A stretch of DNA of 63,436 bases, filler included, from Olpidium bornovanus S191 (taxonomy: Eukaryota > Fungi > Olpidiomycota), in NCBI GenBank assembly GCA_017911155.1. It is 31 parts of 31 records of this genome, joined end to end, with 100 filler letters (N's around TTAATTAATTAA, not from the genome) between each part and the next. Parts side by side here need not be neighbours in the genome. Positions count along the whole stretch, not along the records: positions 47,310 to 51,573 come from JAEFCI010011608.1; positions 51,674 to 53,055 come from JAEFCI010007761.1; positions 53,156 to 55,100 come from JAEFCI010010478.1; positions 55,201 to 57,616 come from JAEFCI010003101.1; positions 57,717 to 58,740 come from JAEFCI010006325.1; positions 58,841 to 60,124 come from JAEFCI010011246.1; 25 more parts are not named here. One strand, given 5' to 3'. A model generated the notes under the pieces. The model was not told the DNA's origin and ran no database searches. It worked only from the letters and a program-made list of their open reading frames with translations. This document shows, one piece after another, positions 50,301 through 60,224 of the stretch. The first letter of the stretch is position 1; each line of letters starts with the position of its first letter. The position numbers and the translations under genes are program-made.

Positions 50301-50505
50301 GCTCTGCCGAGCCCCGAGCCGGCGCGCCGCCCTCCTCCGCCCGCCTCATGGGGGAATAGCGCCGGCTCCGGCCGGCCTGGCGTCCTCCTCCACGCGTTCC
50401 GTTTCCTCGTCGCGCGGCCGCGGTGAACGACCACGCGGGGCCGAAAGCGGTTTCGGCGGCGGCTCGGCGGGCGGCCGCAAGGGCCTTGGTCAGCAGCGAA
50501 AACAT
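47392..50505 (-). CDS. Oligopeptidase B (protease II, peptidase S9A) with an N-terminal hydrophobic anchor; 3'-partial
   Basis: PPVAKVAPHPRTLHGETSFDDYYWLRD; AYSYDTVGNERFTL; YGAYG; HPRGDGDLGADWYEGGK; GRSAGG (catalytic Ser); AQVPFVDV...PYEW. Probable exons: 50505-50180, about 50091-48807, and 48701-47392. Confidence 0.93.
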
Positions 50506-51034
50506 CGCCCTGCGTTTACCATCCGCCGAGGCCCCAGGGATGTGGGAGCGGAAGATCCGCCGCTTTTCTCCTTCTCGGGCCGGCGGGCGCGGTTCCCCAC
50601 GCGTTTTGGGTGCAGTTCCGGTCGGGGAGGGGAAGGAGAAATATTTCACCGCGCCGCCCGGCAAAATGAAAGAAAAACAAAAGGAAAAGAAAAAAAAAAA
50701 ACAAATTGCAAGGATGAAAGAGTCACCCCCCCTCGCGCGCACTAAAAAACGTACAACAAACGCGGATGTACCACCGGCCGCCAGACTTCGCTTATCAGGG
50801 AAGCGTGACTTTCTGCAAGGCGCCGTCGGAGACATCCGACCTCTCTTGCATCTAAAAACACGGTTTTTTTCTGGTGCAGAATAATATTAACGTCACTGTC
50901 GGCAAACTTGTCGGCAACACTGCCATTTCTGGACGATGGATAGTTAGCTACATATTGGTGAGCGAACTCCCTCAGAAACAGCGCCAGGACTTTTTTACTT
51001 TACTCTTTTACTTTTTTATTGACGTTTCCCGAGC

Positions 51035-51510
51035 ATATTCAGATGCAGAATCTGACAGAATCAGACGCGGATCCAGATGCAGAATCGGACTCGAATTCAG
51101 ATGCAGAATCAAGAACCCTCCGAAGCCGGCTCCAAAAAAACACTGGCCCGTCCCTAAAACAATAAACAAAATGCGGACGCTTCAAAATTTAGCAGAATCT
51201 GACGGAGATTTTGACGCAGAATTCGACACAGATTCTGACGCAGATTCTGAAGCAGACCAAGACTTAAAATCTAACAAATAAACTCTGACGTAGACTCTGT
51301 TGCGGTTTCAGTCGCAGAATTTGAAGCAGATTCAGACACAGATTCAGACGCAGACACAGATGCAAATTCAGATTTAGGTTCAGATGCAAAATCGAACTGC
51401 TGAATCCAAAACAGATTCAAAAGCAGATTTAGAAGCAGATTCAAAAGCAGAATCCAAAGCAGAGTCAAACGAAGATTCAAAAGCAGATTTAGATTCAGAA
51501 TATGATGCAG
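51035..51510. repeat. Degenerate 6/12-bp array (GCAGATTCAGAC-like)
   Basis: Runs such as GCAGATTCAGACACAGATTCAGACGCAGACACAGATGCAAATTCAGAT. They read ADSDTDSD-like on the + strand but are interrupted by stops. Confidence 0.7.
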
Positions 51511-52235
51511 AGGTCCTAACACCTCAAGCGCCCGGAAGGCCCCAAATGTTCTAATACACTGGAATGCCTCATGNNNNNNNNNNNNNNNNNNNNNNNNNNN
51601 NNNNNNNNNNNNNNNNNTTAATTAATTAANNNNNNNNNNNNNNNNNNNNNNNNNNNNNNNNNNNNNNNNNNNNGCGGGAAGGGACCGGACGCACAGCGTC
51701 GACAGACGTGACGTTGAAGAACGGCTTTGCCGTCGACCTGACCTCGGCTCGATGTCGACGAGCATAAATAGCGTCCCTTCCGCTCCGTAGCTTGACTTCG
51801 AACCTAGCTTAACCTTCCCTTTTAACTGCCCTCGTCGACCCTCGTCACCTTACCTGTAACACCGTCTCAGACCTGACGAGGAAGAGGAATATAACGTTTA
51901 AACCTTGCCGCAGTACAGGCGGTGCCCGCGTGGCTCCAGCGGAAATCCCCCCGTTCACCCCTTTCCTCCTTCTGTAAACTCGCAACACCTTTGAGGTACA
52001 AATAGGCCTGTATTCCGTAGAGATTCTACAACTCGTCGAACAGCTCCAACAAAGGGAGTTCCCGGTCTTTCCTCTAAAAGGCGCCGTCCTTGTCTTCCTT
52101 CCCGTCCTCGTCCCCGTTCGGCCACTGCCACGCTCTGTGAAGTAAAAGTTTTTCACCCCGCCCCCCCCCCCCCCCCCCCCCGCCCAAGGACGTTGGTTGG
52201 GGGTGCAGTCTTTTTGATCACGTGACGCCCCCCCC

Positions 52236-52468
52236 TGTTGAAACGAAGCCTGAAACAGGGGCTGAAACACAGCCTGAAACAAGGGGGATAGTACACTGCG
52301 CCCACTTCTCCTTCATTTACCTCTGTTGCCCCTTTGTAGAATTCCTAGCTGCCTGCCATATAAAATGAGCCTGGAGTAGATAGCGGCGCCACACCCTGTA
52401 CACACAAAAATACAATTCTCTCCTGCGTCTTCGGCTTCTGGTTCGGTTTGCGGCTTCCAAATCCAACA
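52236..52468 (+). mobile_element. 5' LTR (233 bp) of an LTR retrotransposon, probably Ty1/copia (Hemivirus-like)
   Basis: Begins TGTTG and ends CAACA. TATAAAA at 52359. It is followed immediately by the PBS, a leader and an ORF. Confidence 0.85.
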
Positions 52469-52480
52469 GGTTATGAGCCC
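52469..52480 (+). promoter_or_regulatory. Primer-binding site complementary to the tRNAiMet anticodon stem-loop
   Basis: GGTTATGAGCCC is the reverse complement of GGGCTCATAACC in initiator tRNA-Met, as in Ty5 and Drosophila copia. Confidence 0.85.
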
Positions 52481-52530
52481 AAGCGGACTTCCCTGCCCGC
52501 GATAATCTTCCAAAGCTCAGAAGCCGAAAC

Positions 52531-52762
52531 GCAAAAGAGAGCCGCCCGTCGGCAACTGCGCAAAAGAGAGCCGCCTGTCGGCAACTGCACAAAAGAGAGC
52601 AGCCCGTCGGCAACTGCGCAAAAGAGAGCCGCCCGTCGGCAACTGCGCAAGATTGAGCCGCCCGTGGGCAACCACGCAAGAGAGAGCCGCCCGTCGGCAA
52701 CCGCGCAAAAGAGAGCCGCCTGTCGGCAACTGCGCAAAAGAGAGCCGCCCGTCGTCAACTGC
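52531..52762. repeat. 29-bp x8 tandem array in the retrotransposon leader
   Basis: Consensus GCAAAAGAGAGCCGCCCGTCGGCAACTGC, with units at 52531, 52560, 52589, 52618, 52647, 52676, 52705 and 52734. No spacers. Confidence 0.95.
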
Positions 52763-52839
52763 GCAATAGGAGAGAACCGCCAGTACTAAAAAGGCGAAAA
52801 AAAAAACCACCGCCCTCACTCCATCAGGCCAAAGCCACC

Positions 52840-53055
52840 ATGGACGGACAACCGCTCCCGGTCCGCTGGGCCTCACCAACAACTACGCCCTCAGGCACGC
52901 CGCCCCTGGGGAGATATAGACAGGACCATGAGGTGGACATGGCCCAGCACTACAATGAGGAAATACGGGAACTCCGCCGACAATTGACCCAGCTCCAAGC
53001 ATACACCAGATGCCTGGAAGAGGGACCCATGGAAGAAACTTACAGCGATGACTCC
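52840..53055 (+). CDS. Putative Gag N-terminus; truncated by the contig end
   Basis: The ATG is in a perfect GCCACCATGG context downstream of the LTR, PBS and leader. Coiled-coil-like segment YNEEIRELRRQLTQLQAY. No diagnostic Gag motif is visible yet. Confidence 0.6.
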
Positions 53056-53155
53056 NNNNNNNNNNNNNNNNNNNNNNNNNNNNNNNNNNNNNNNNNNNNT
53101 TAATTAATTAANNNNNNNNNNNNNNNNNNNNNNNNNNNNNNNNNNNNNNNNNNNN

Positions 53156-55100
53156 CCGCCCCCGCCCCCCGCCTACGCCGCCGGCCCGCCGCCCCCGCCC
53201 GGCCCCGTCCAGCCGCCCCTCTTCCGCCGCGGGGGAGCGCCCGCCGCCGCCGCCGCCGCCGCCCTCGCTGACGACGCTGGCCCCGGCCGTCGCTCCTACG
53301 TGGCCGCCCGCCCCCCGGCTCTCCCCGGCGCCGGCGGCCTGTTCTCGCCGGCCTGGTGGCTGGCGACGGCGCAGAGGTCCGCCGGCGTCCCGCAGCCCGA
53401 ACAGCACCCCCGCCGTTCCCGGGAGCGAGCGGAACCGCCGCCGCCGCCGTCGCCGCCGCCGCCGCAGGAAACGTCCGTCCGCGCCGTCTCTGCCGCGGTC
53501 GGCGGCCGTCGCGTCGTCTACGTCCCCCGGCGAGAGTCCGTCGGCGAACCCCTCCCGCTCGTCCCGTTCGGGTTCGACACGGCCGGCCCGTCGGGACGCC
53601 CGGCCGGCGCCTTTCCCTCGTCGTCGTCGTCTTCTTCGTCTTCGTCCGATTCCTCTTATTCTCCTTCTTCGTTCCGGGGTGACGACGGCGACACGCACGA
53701 GGGACTCTGGTGCGCCGCCGAAGGCGGCCCCGCCGGCGAAACGGCGGCCGGGCCAACGGCGGCGGCGGCGACCCTGCGGCGGACGCAGGCGCGTGCCGGC
53801 GGGGAGCCGGCGGACGCGGGCCTGCGGCCGTCGACCGCGGTGCTGACCATCAGCCCCTCCCGCGTCCACGTCGCACAGGCCCCCCGCTTCCAGACGGAAG
53901 CCGCCGAGGCGGCGGAAAGCGGAGCCGCGGGCGACCTCGGAGACGGCGACGGGAACCCGGGGCCCGCGGACCTGGCCCTGGCGTCCGGGCCCCTGCTCGC
54001 GGCGGCCTCGGGCGACTTCTCGCTCGATCCCGAGGCCACCCCGGCCAGGGCGCTGCACCTCTTCGAACTCATTTCCGCGATACTCGACGCCGCGACGGAG
54101 TCGGTCGGTTCGCTGGCGGGAGCGCCGCCGCAAGAGCCGTCTCTGGGCCTGCCGTCGCAGCAGGCCGGCCGAGCCCCGCCGCCGCTGCCGCCGCCGCCGC
54201 ACGCGCTGTCCCCCGACCCGCCCGGGCTCGACCTGTTCTCCGGAAGGCCGCTGCTGTCGCACTCCCTCTCCGCCGCCGTCGCCGCCGCCGCCTTGGCAAA
54301 CGCGGACGAAGACCGCCGCCGCCGCTCGCGCGACTCCGCCCCCGTCGACCGTCCCGGCCTCGGTTTCGGTTTCCGGCGGGTGCGCCGGACGGTGAGCCGG
54401 CCGGACGGCTTCGAGTGGCTCGCGAGCGAACAGCAGGCGGCTGCCGGCCGCGAGTTTTCCGGGAGCCTCGGAGACCGGCGCGGCGGGGAACCGGGCGAGG
54501 AGGAGGGTCCGGACGAGCCGAGGACGCGGAGGCGGACAGGAGAGCGGAGAGGAGAGCGGAGAGAAGAGCGGTGGCCGAGCCTGCTATACGACGACCCCGC
54601 GCTGCGCCCGTACTACGGCCCCGCGGCTGACGACGGCGAAGGCGGCGACGGCGACACGGGGTATTACCAGCATCCCCTCTGGACTTACCGGTTCGGAGGT
54701 GAACCGGAGAGCCTGCTCGGCCCTCGTCGGCGGGCCCGGGCGGGAGACGGCGTCGACCTCGACGACTACTACGGCGGCGGCGGCGAGGAGGGGCCCTGGC
54801 CGCCGCCGCCGCTGCCGCCGCCGCAGTTCGACTCCGACGGCACCCGCCAGCGCAGCCCGTTCTTCTTCGGGACCCGCGCCGCCGCCGTCCACCCGCCGGC
54901 CGCCTCAGCCGCGACGGCAAGTGTCCTGGACGCAAACGGGGAGCCGCAGGCCGTGCCGCTGTCGGGGTCCCGCTCGGCCAACATGTCCGTCGACGTCGTC
55001 CGCCGGATCCGGAGCAGGGAACTGGGCGCCTGGTTCGACCTACGGAGCAGGTTCACGGTCGCCCCCGCGACGGCGGCGACGACGGCCCAGGGGGGCCTGA
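53156..55100 (+). CDS. Large low-complexity (Ala/Pro/Gly/Arg/Asp) exon of an unidentified protein; partial at both ends
   Basis: One frame is open for the entire 1945-bp contig. It has interspersed aromatic motifs (WPSLLYDDP, YYQHPLWTYRF, GAWFDLRSRF). No family recognised. Confidence 0.6.
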
Positions 55101-55200
55101 NNNNNNNNNNNNNNNNNNNNNNNNNNNNNNNNNNNNNNNNNNNNTTAATTAATTAANNNNNNNNNNNNNNNNNNNNNNNNNNNNNNNNNNNNNNNNNNNN

Positions 55201-55237
<37 letters not shown>

Positions 55238-55268
55238 AGTTGACCGAGAAACGGCGACAACGCATGCC

Positions 55269-57616
55269 ATGACGCTGCCAGGGAAATGGCGGCGGCTGCG
55301 GGAACTACCGAGCGTCGGGTTACCGTGGAGCGGCGGCAGGAGCTGTGGGCCAGCTCGCGGCGGTGGTTTGCGCGTCGGGCTCGTGGCGGGCGGTTCCGCC
55401 ACGCAACCATCTCGGACCTCCCACCTCCACCGCCGCTTGGCCGTGCGCCCGCTGACGACTCCGGCGGACCGCGCGGTCAGACACTTGTGTCCGCGCTGCG
55501 AAACATCGGCAAGGGGCAGCCACCCAATCGAGCACCTTACACGTGCAAGGCCGGTCGTTCGTGCGACTCTGCGGCTTCCGTTCTCCAACTGGGCCGCACG
55601 GTATTTGGTCTCGCGAACTGAGGCCTTCTCTGGAAGACCAGGGAAGGAAGGTTGCCGACTGTTTTCTAGCGCAGTGGTCGCGCGCTGTGATTCGACGAAC
55701 GGGAACGGGGATGACGAAGGCGTGAAGGGCGTTGGCCGAAAGTCCGCTGAGGATGGCAAAGGCGATCTCGGCTCGAAAAACCGTTCGGTGAAACAGGTGT
55801 CCAACAGCAGCGACGGCAGTGGCGGCGACAAGGAGTCGTTGCGACCGACGTCGCCGTCTGCCGCAGACGGCGAGGGAGACAAAAGCAGCGGTGGAGGTAG
55901 TGCAGGCGGCGGATGGCCGAAGGGCACCAACGTCGGCCATGGTTACGATCCCATAATGCCCAGAGTGCTCGTGATACCCGTCAGCCGCAGGCCGATCTTC
56001 CCTAATTTTCTTAAACACGTCGTCATCAAGGACCGCGACCTGATCAAATCCATCAGTATTCTAAACGAGAAATCACCGAACAAGCGAGTTTATGTAGGGG
56101 TTTTCCTCCTCAAAGACGACAATGCGGACATTGACGTTATTCATGATGCTTCACAGGTAGGTTGCAGCGGATGTCTATGATCCTAGAATTGCTTTTATCG
56201 CACGCTGAACGTTTTTGGCCTTTGGGGCGTCGTTTGGCAGAAGTTATTTCGCGGCCCTATTTCTCGCTGAGCGCGTGTGGAGGCGCGCGGGAATCGGAAC
56301 TTCTTTTTTGTTCAGATGCCCTGTTCATGTTCGTCCGGCTTTCCTCTTGTTTTGTTCAACGAAGGTCTACCCTGTAGGATCGTTTGCCCAGATTTCCGGA
56401 AGTTACATGACCACCGATGAATCCATGGTTGTTGTTCTCCGGCCGATCCGGAGAATCCGCATGGAAAAGCTGATATACCATCACGCGGATCGTGGTGCGA
56501 ACGAAGAAGCAGCCACTAAAGCGAACGAATCTGAGAATGCAGAGAAGACGAAGCATGACGCTCCCGCCGTTGAGAAATCATCCCAACAGCAGGCTGTCGT
56601 GAACTCTGAAACGCAGGATGAGGCGGAGGCCGAGCTGGTAAGCGTTGGTGGCGACGGTGTGGAAATACGAAATGAGTCCTCCGGTAGGTCTTCCTGTTGC
56701 TGTTTCGTGTTTCCAACCTTTGGTAATCTGTTCCAGCTCAGCCTACAACAATACCACACCAATGTTGATATTTTGCTTTCGCATCTGCCCTTCAGATACC
56801 GATGAGCACACTCGCATCGTTTCCGATCTCGCCGAGTCGCTTCCGGTTTCGGTGGCGGACGTCGTGCCAGTTGCATCGCGCCCTTACAACAAGAGCGACG
56901 AGGAGATCAAGGCAATCTCTAACGAGATGCTAACGGTCATTCGCAACATCGCCAACCTCCAGCCCTTCTTTAAAGAGCAGATCGCCTCGTTCTCCCTTTC
57001 CGCCGGGACCGGCGAAGTATTCGAGGACCCGGACCGCCTTGCTGATTTCGCTGCTGCCATTTCCTCGGGCGAGGCCGAGGCGCTGCAGGGTGTGATGGAA
57101 TCAACGGATGTCCGTGATAAGCTAGAGAAGTCACTGCTCATACTGAAGACGGAGCTTCATAATGTCGAGGTCCAGCACCGCGTAAGCAAGGAAGTGGAAA
57201 GTAAGATCTCCAAAAAGCAGAAGGAGTACTATCTAATGGAGCAGCTCAAGGGTATCAAAAAGGAGCTGGGCCTTGAAACTGATGGCAAGGAGACTCTTGT
57301 CAGAAACTTTAAGGAAAAAGCGGATAAGCTGCTCATGCCAGAGGGTGTCAGAAAGGTGTTTGATGAGGTATGATAATCATCCCGGCATAGTAACCTTCCT
57401 TATTTGAGGCGTTGCTGGTTGCGTCGGGGTGGCAACACGGGATTGCGTTTAGTGAACACCTACTAATATCGTTGCGCGCATTCTAATAGGAAATCAACAA
57501 GCTGTCGTCGCTTGAGCCTGCAGCATCCGAATTCAGCGTTACGCGGAATTACCTGGATTGGCTGATTCAGATCCCGTGGGGCATTCGGTCCGTGGAGAAT
57601 TTCAATATGAAGCATG
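55269..57616 (+). CDS. PIM1: Mitochondrial Lon protease; N-terminal part
   Basis: Arg-rich presequence; [15 protein letters not shown]; VGVFLLKD; [15 protein letters not shown]; [19 protein letters not shown]; [31 protein letters not shown]. Confidence 0.97.
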
Positions 57617-57716
57617 NNNNNNNNNNNNNNNNNNNNNNNNNNNNNNNNNNNNNNNNNNNNTTAATTAATTAANNNNNNNNNNNNNNNNNNNNNNNNNNNN
57701 NNNNNNNNNNNNNNNN

Positions 57717-58121
57717 CATACATTCGGGATGTAGACGAGACTCGTCATACGTCTTTCCGCACCGGATCAGCGCACGGTCACAGCGTCCGCCTTGGATTAA
57801 GGGATTGGAGCGCCCTATAATTTGCGCAACTTCCCATAGGGTCAGCGGCTGCCCGCGGAGGTGTTCGAAGCCTGGCGGTAGGTAAAGTTGGCCTGGATTT
57901 TCCTCATACCATTTATGTGCGCTCCGACTTTTCTCGCTAATACCCCTGAGGCGTTCCACCGCTGTTTTAGCGATTTCGGCATTTTCCGGCGTAACCGCGA
58001 ACTTGGTCATCGGGTCGCCATCTTTGAGGGGGCGCCAACTCAATCCATAGACGCCATCCATCTCAGTTTCGCAATTAACCGGCAACCCGATGATTTCGGT
58101 GACACGGGAAGGCGCGAACAT
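57717..58121 (-). mobile_element. Bacterial-type tyrosine recombinase/integrase fragment
   Basis: FAPSRVTEIIGLPVNCE (R-x-x-E-x-x-x-L box I), then YGLSWRPLKDGDPMTK (catalytic-Lys hairpin), then WYEENPGQLYLPPGFEHLR. Intronless. It resembles recalled proteobacterial genomic-island integrases. Confidence 0.7.
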
Positions 58122-58723
58122 GCTGTCGTGGAATGACTATACCAAAGCCGGTGCGTGGGATCTGTCTAGTTCCCGCGGGATTGAACGTTACGTCTCCCCT
58201 CCCTCCACTCTCGCCACAGAATTCGCCTGAGCCCCCCATTATTTTTTTTTTTTTTTGCCCCTCGCAAAACAGTGGACATGTGGGCAGTCGGCTGCATCAT
58301 CGCAGAATTGCATCTGGGAAAGCCCTTGTTCCCCGGAGTGGACGAATATCACCAGCTCGAACTTATCACCTCCGCCTTGGGTTCTCCGGGTGCGGACGAC
58401 CTCGACGGAATGCGCAACTCCAAGAGCAGGAGGTGCTTGTCAAGCATCGGGCAAAAGCCGGCGCAGCCGTGGAGGACGATCGTTCCCTCGGCTGACAGTC
58501 AGGGTCGGTGGACGAGCCCGCGCCTGCGGCCAGTGCCCGGCGAACCGTCGTTTCGCCATTCCGCAGTTTTCCCGCCTCCAGCAACTCTGCTCACTGTTAC
58601 ATCCACTCTCCAGCGGTGGACATGATGGCGCGCCTCCTGTCCTTCAATCCCAAACGAAGAATGGCAGCCGCGGAAGCGCTCCGGCACGCGTACTTTGCAC
58701 CGCTGCACGACAGCAACGACGAA
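58120..58723 (+). CDS. MAP kinase (ERK/Fus3-type); C-lobe exons
   Basis: Exons 58120-58150, 58273-58503 and 58614-58723 read MLSWNDYTKA|VDMWAVGCIIAELHLGKPLFPGVDEYHQLELI...|AVDMMARLLSFNPKRRMAAAEALRHAYFAPLHDSNDE. Confidence 0.93.
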
Positions 58724-58840
58724 GTACAGAGAAAGAAAACNNNNNNNNNNNNNNNNNNNNNNNNNNNNNNNNNNNNNNNNNNNNTTAATTAATTAANNNN
58801 NNNNNNNNNNNNNNNNNNNNNNNNNNNNNNNNNNNNNNNN

Positions 58841-60124
58841 CATGAAAGCCACCCTCGGTCCTTTGTTAGGGCTCTCGGGGTCGTGGAACGTCTTATTTGG
58901 TGAGGTGGTGTTTAGTCGTTCGAGCGTTACGGGGGAGTTGGAATTTTGCCCAACAGAGCTTTAGGTCGTGTAACGCTCGCGCGATTCTCTCTTTGCGCAG
59001 CTTTGCCGAAGCTTGCTGCGCCGCTCGCGGTTGTCGCGTTCCAGAGCATACTCTTGGCCGTGGTCAGGTTTCTCCCGAAGAGCTTCACTCTCGGCGAGAT
59101 TGTCATCCTGGCGCAGGGCCTCAGCATAGCCATCGTGGATGCCCTCTGGCTCACCACGAACAGGACGCGGGCCGGCGCTCCCGCCGGCGCTGGTTTCCCA
59201 GCAAGCTCCAGCACATCGCCGCTGCACGCGTTGTGCCTGGCTCTCGTTCTCGGCATGTGCGGAATAGGACTCGCCACCCTGCCGATCCTGCGCCGGTCCA
59301 AGCTTCTCGTGGCGGACATGGAGCGCGATTCGGCGGCCGCGGTTGCGGCGCTGTCGACCGCCCACGGCGGGCCCGAAAGGCCCGAGGCGCACGTCTGGGA
59401 CGGCGCCTCTTCGACCGTGAAGAGAATCGCGGCCGTCGCGGGCGCGAAGTACGAGCGGGAGCAGCTGCGCGCCTCGCTCGCTTTCTCGGTTTGGGCCGCC
59501 GTCGTCGTCCTGTTTGTTGTGCAGCCGTGGGTATGGTGGACGACCGGCCACGAGGCATTCACGTGGTAATGGGTGCTTTTTGCGCATCGTCAATGAGCGG
59601 ATAGTTTCCTGTGCGCGGGTTCACTCAACGTTTTCCCCCGTCTTTACGCAGGACCGTGAATTTCTTCGTCGACTGGTCGCATCCGAGGCGGATGGCGGTG
59701 GCCGCGTACTGGTGCACGCTCGTGGCGGCATGCCTCCTTCCCCTCATATACATCCGGCCCCCGCCGGCAACGGTAGAGCGGACGAGGAAAGTCGTTGAAG
59801 GCGCGGAGCCGGCGCCTGTCGCCGTCTGGAGGTTGTCACTGAACACTCGGCGGAAGGTGTTCCACGCGCTGGCCGTCGTCATGTTCGTCCCCGCGTATTT
59901 GCAGGAGGTTGGTGGGTGGGGGGGGGGATCTTACGATTTTGAAGGGCCGCCTGGCGGACACGGTTGGTTTGCGTCTGCGGGCGAGAAGCAGGAGTTCACG
60001 TGACCTGCCGCGCCGTATCCCCGTGCAGCCGGATTTCATGCGCCTTTCTCTCGCGCTGGCCGTCGCGCTGTTAATTCTGGTGGAGTACGTCCGCGGGTTC
60101 AGGCTGTTCCCGCCTCTGGGGTCG
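58841..60124 (+). CDS. SEC59: Dolichol kinase; internal exons
   Basis: KSFTLGEIVILAQG; RMAVAAYW; SLNTRRKVFHALAVVMFVP; PDFMRLSLALAVALLILVEYVRGFRLFPPLG. Confidence 0.9.
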
Positions 60125-60224
60125 NNNNNNNNNNNNNNNNNNNNNNNNNNNNNNNNNNNNNNNNNNNNTTAATTAATTAANNNNNNNNNNNNNNNNNNNN
60201 NNNNNNNNNNNNNNNNNNNNNNNN

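Noticed and set aside
51905-52130. Minus-strand frame with an internal TAG (ELPLLELFDEL*NLYGIQAYL) next to the LTR, as a possible decayed TE
   Set aside because: Too short and has no diagnostic motif.
52531-52762. 29-bp repeats as a CRISPR array
   Set aside because: The units are directly adjacent with no unique spacers, there are no cas genes, and they lie in a retroelement leader.
53108-54935. Long overlapping ORFs on the minus strand and in other plus frames
   Set aside because: Expected in very GC-rich coding DNA with few stops. They are Arg/Gly-rich shadow translations.
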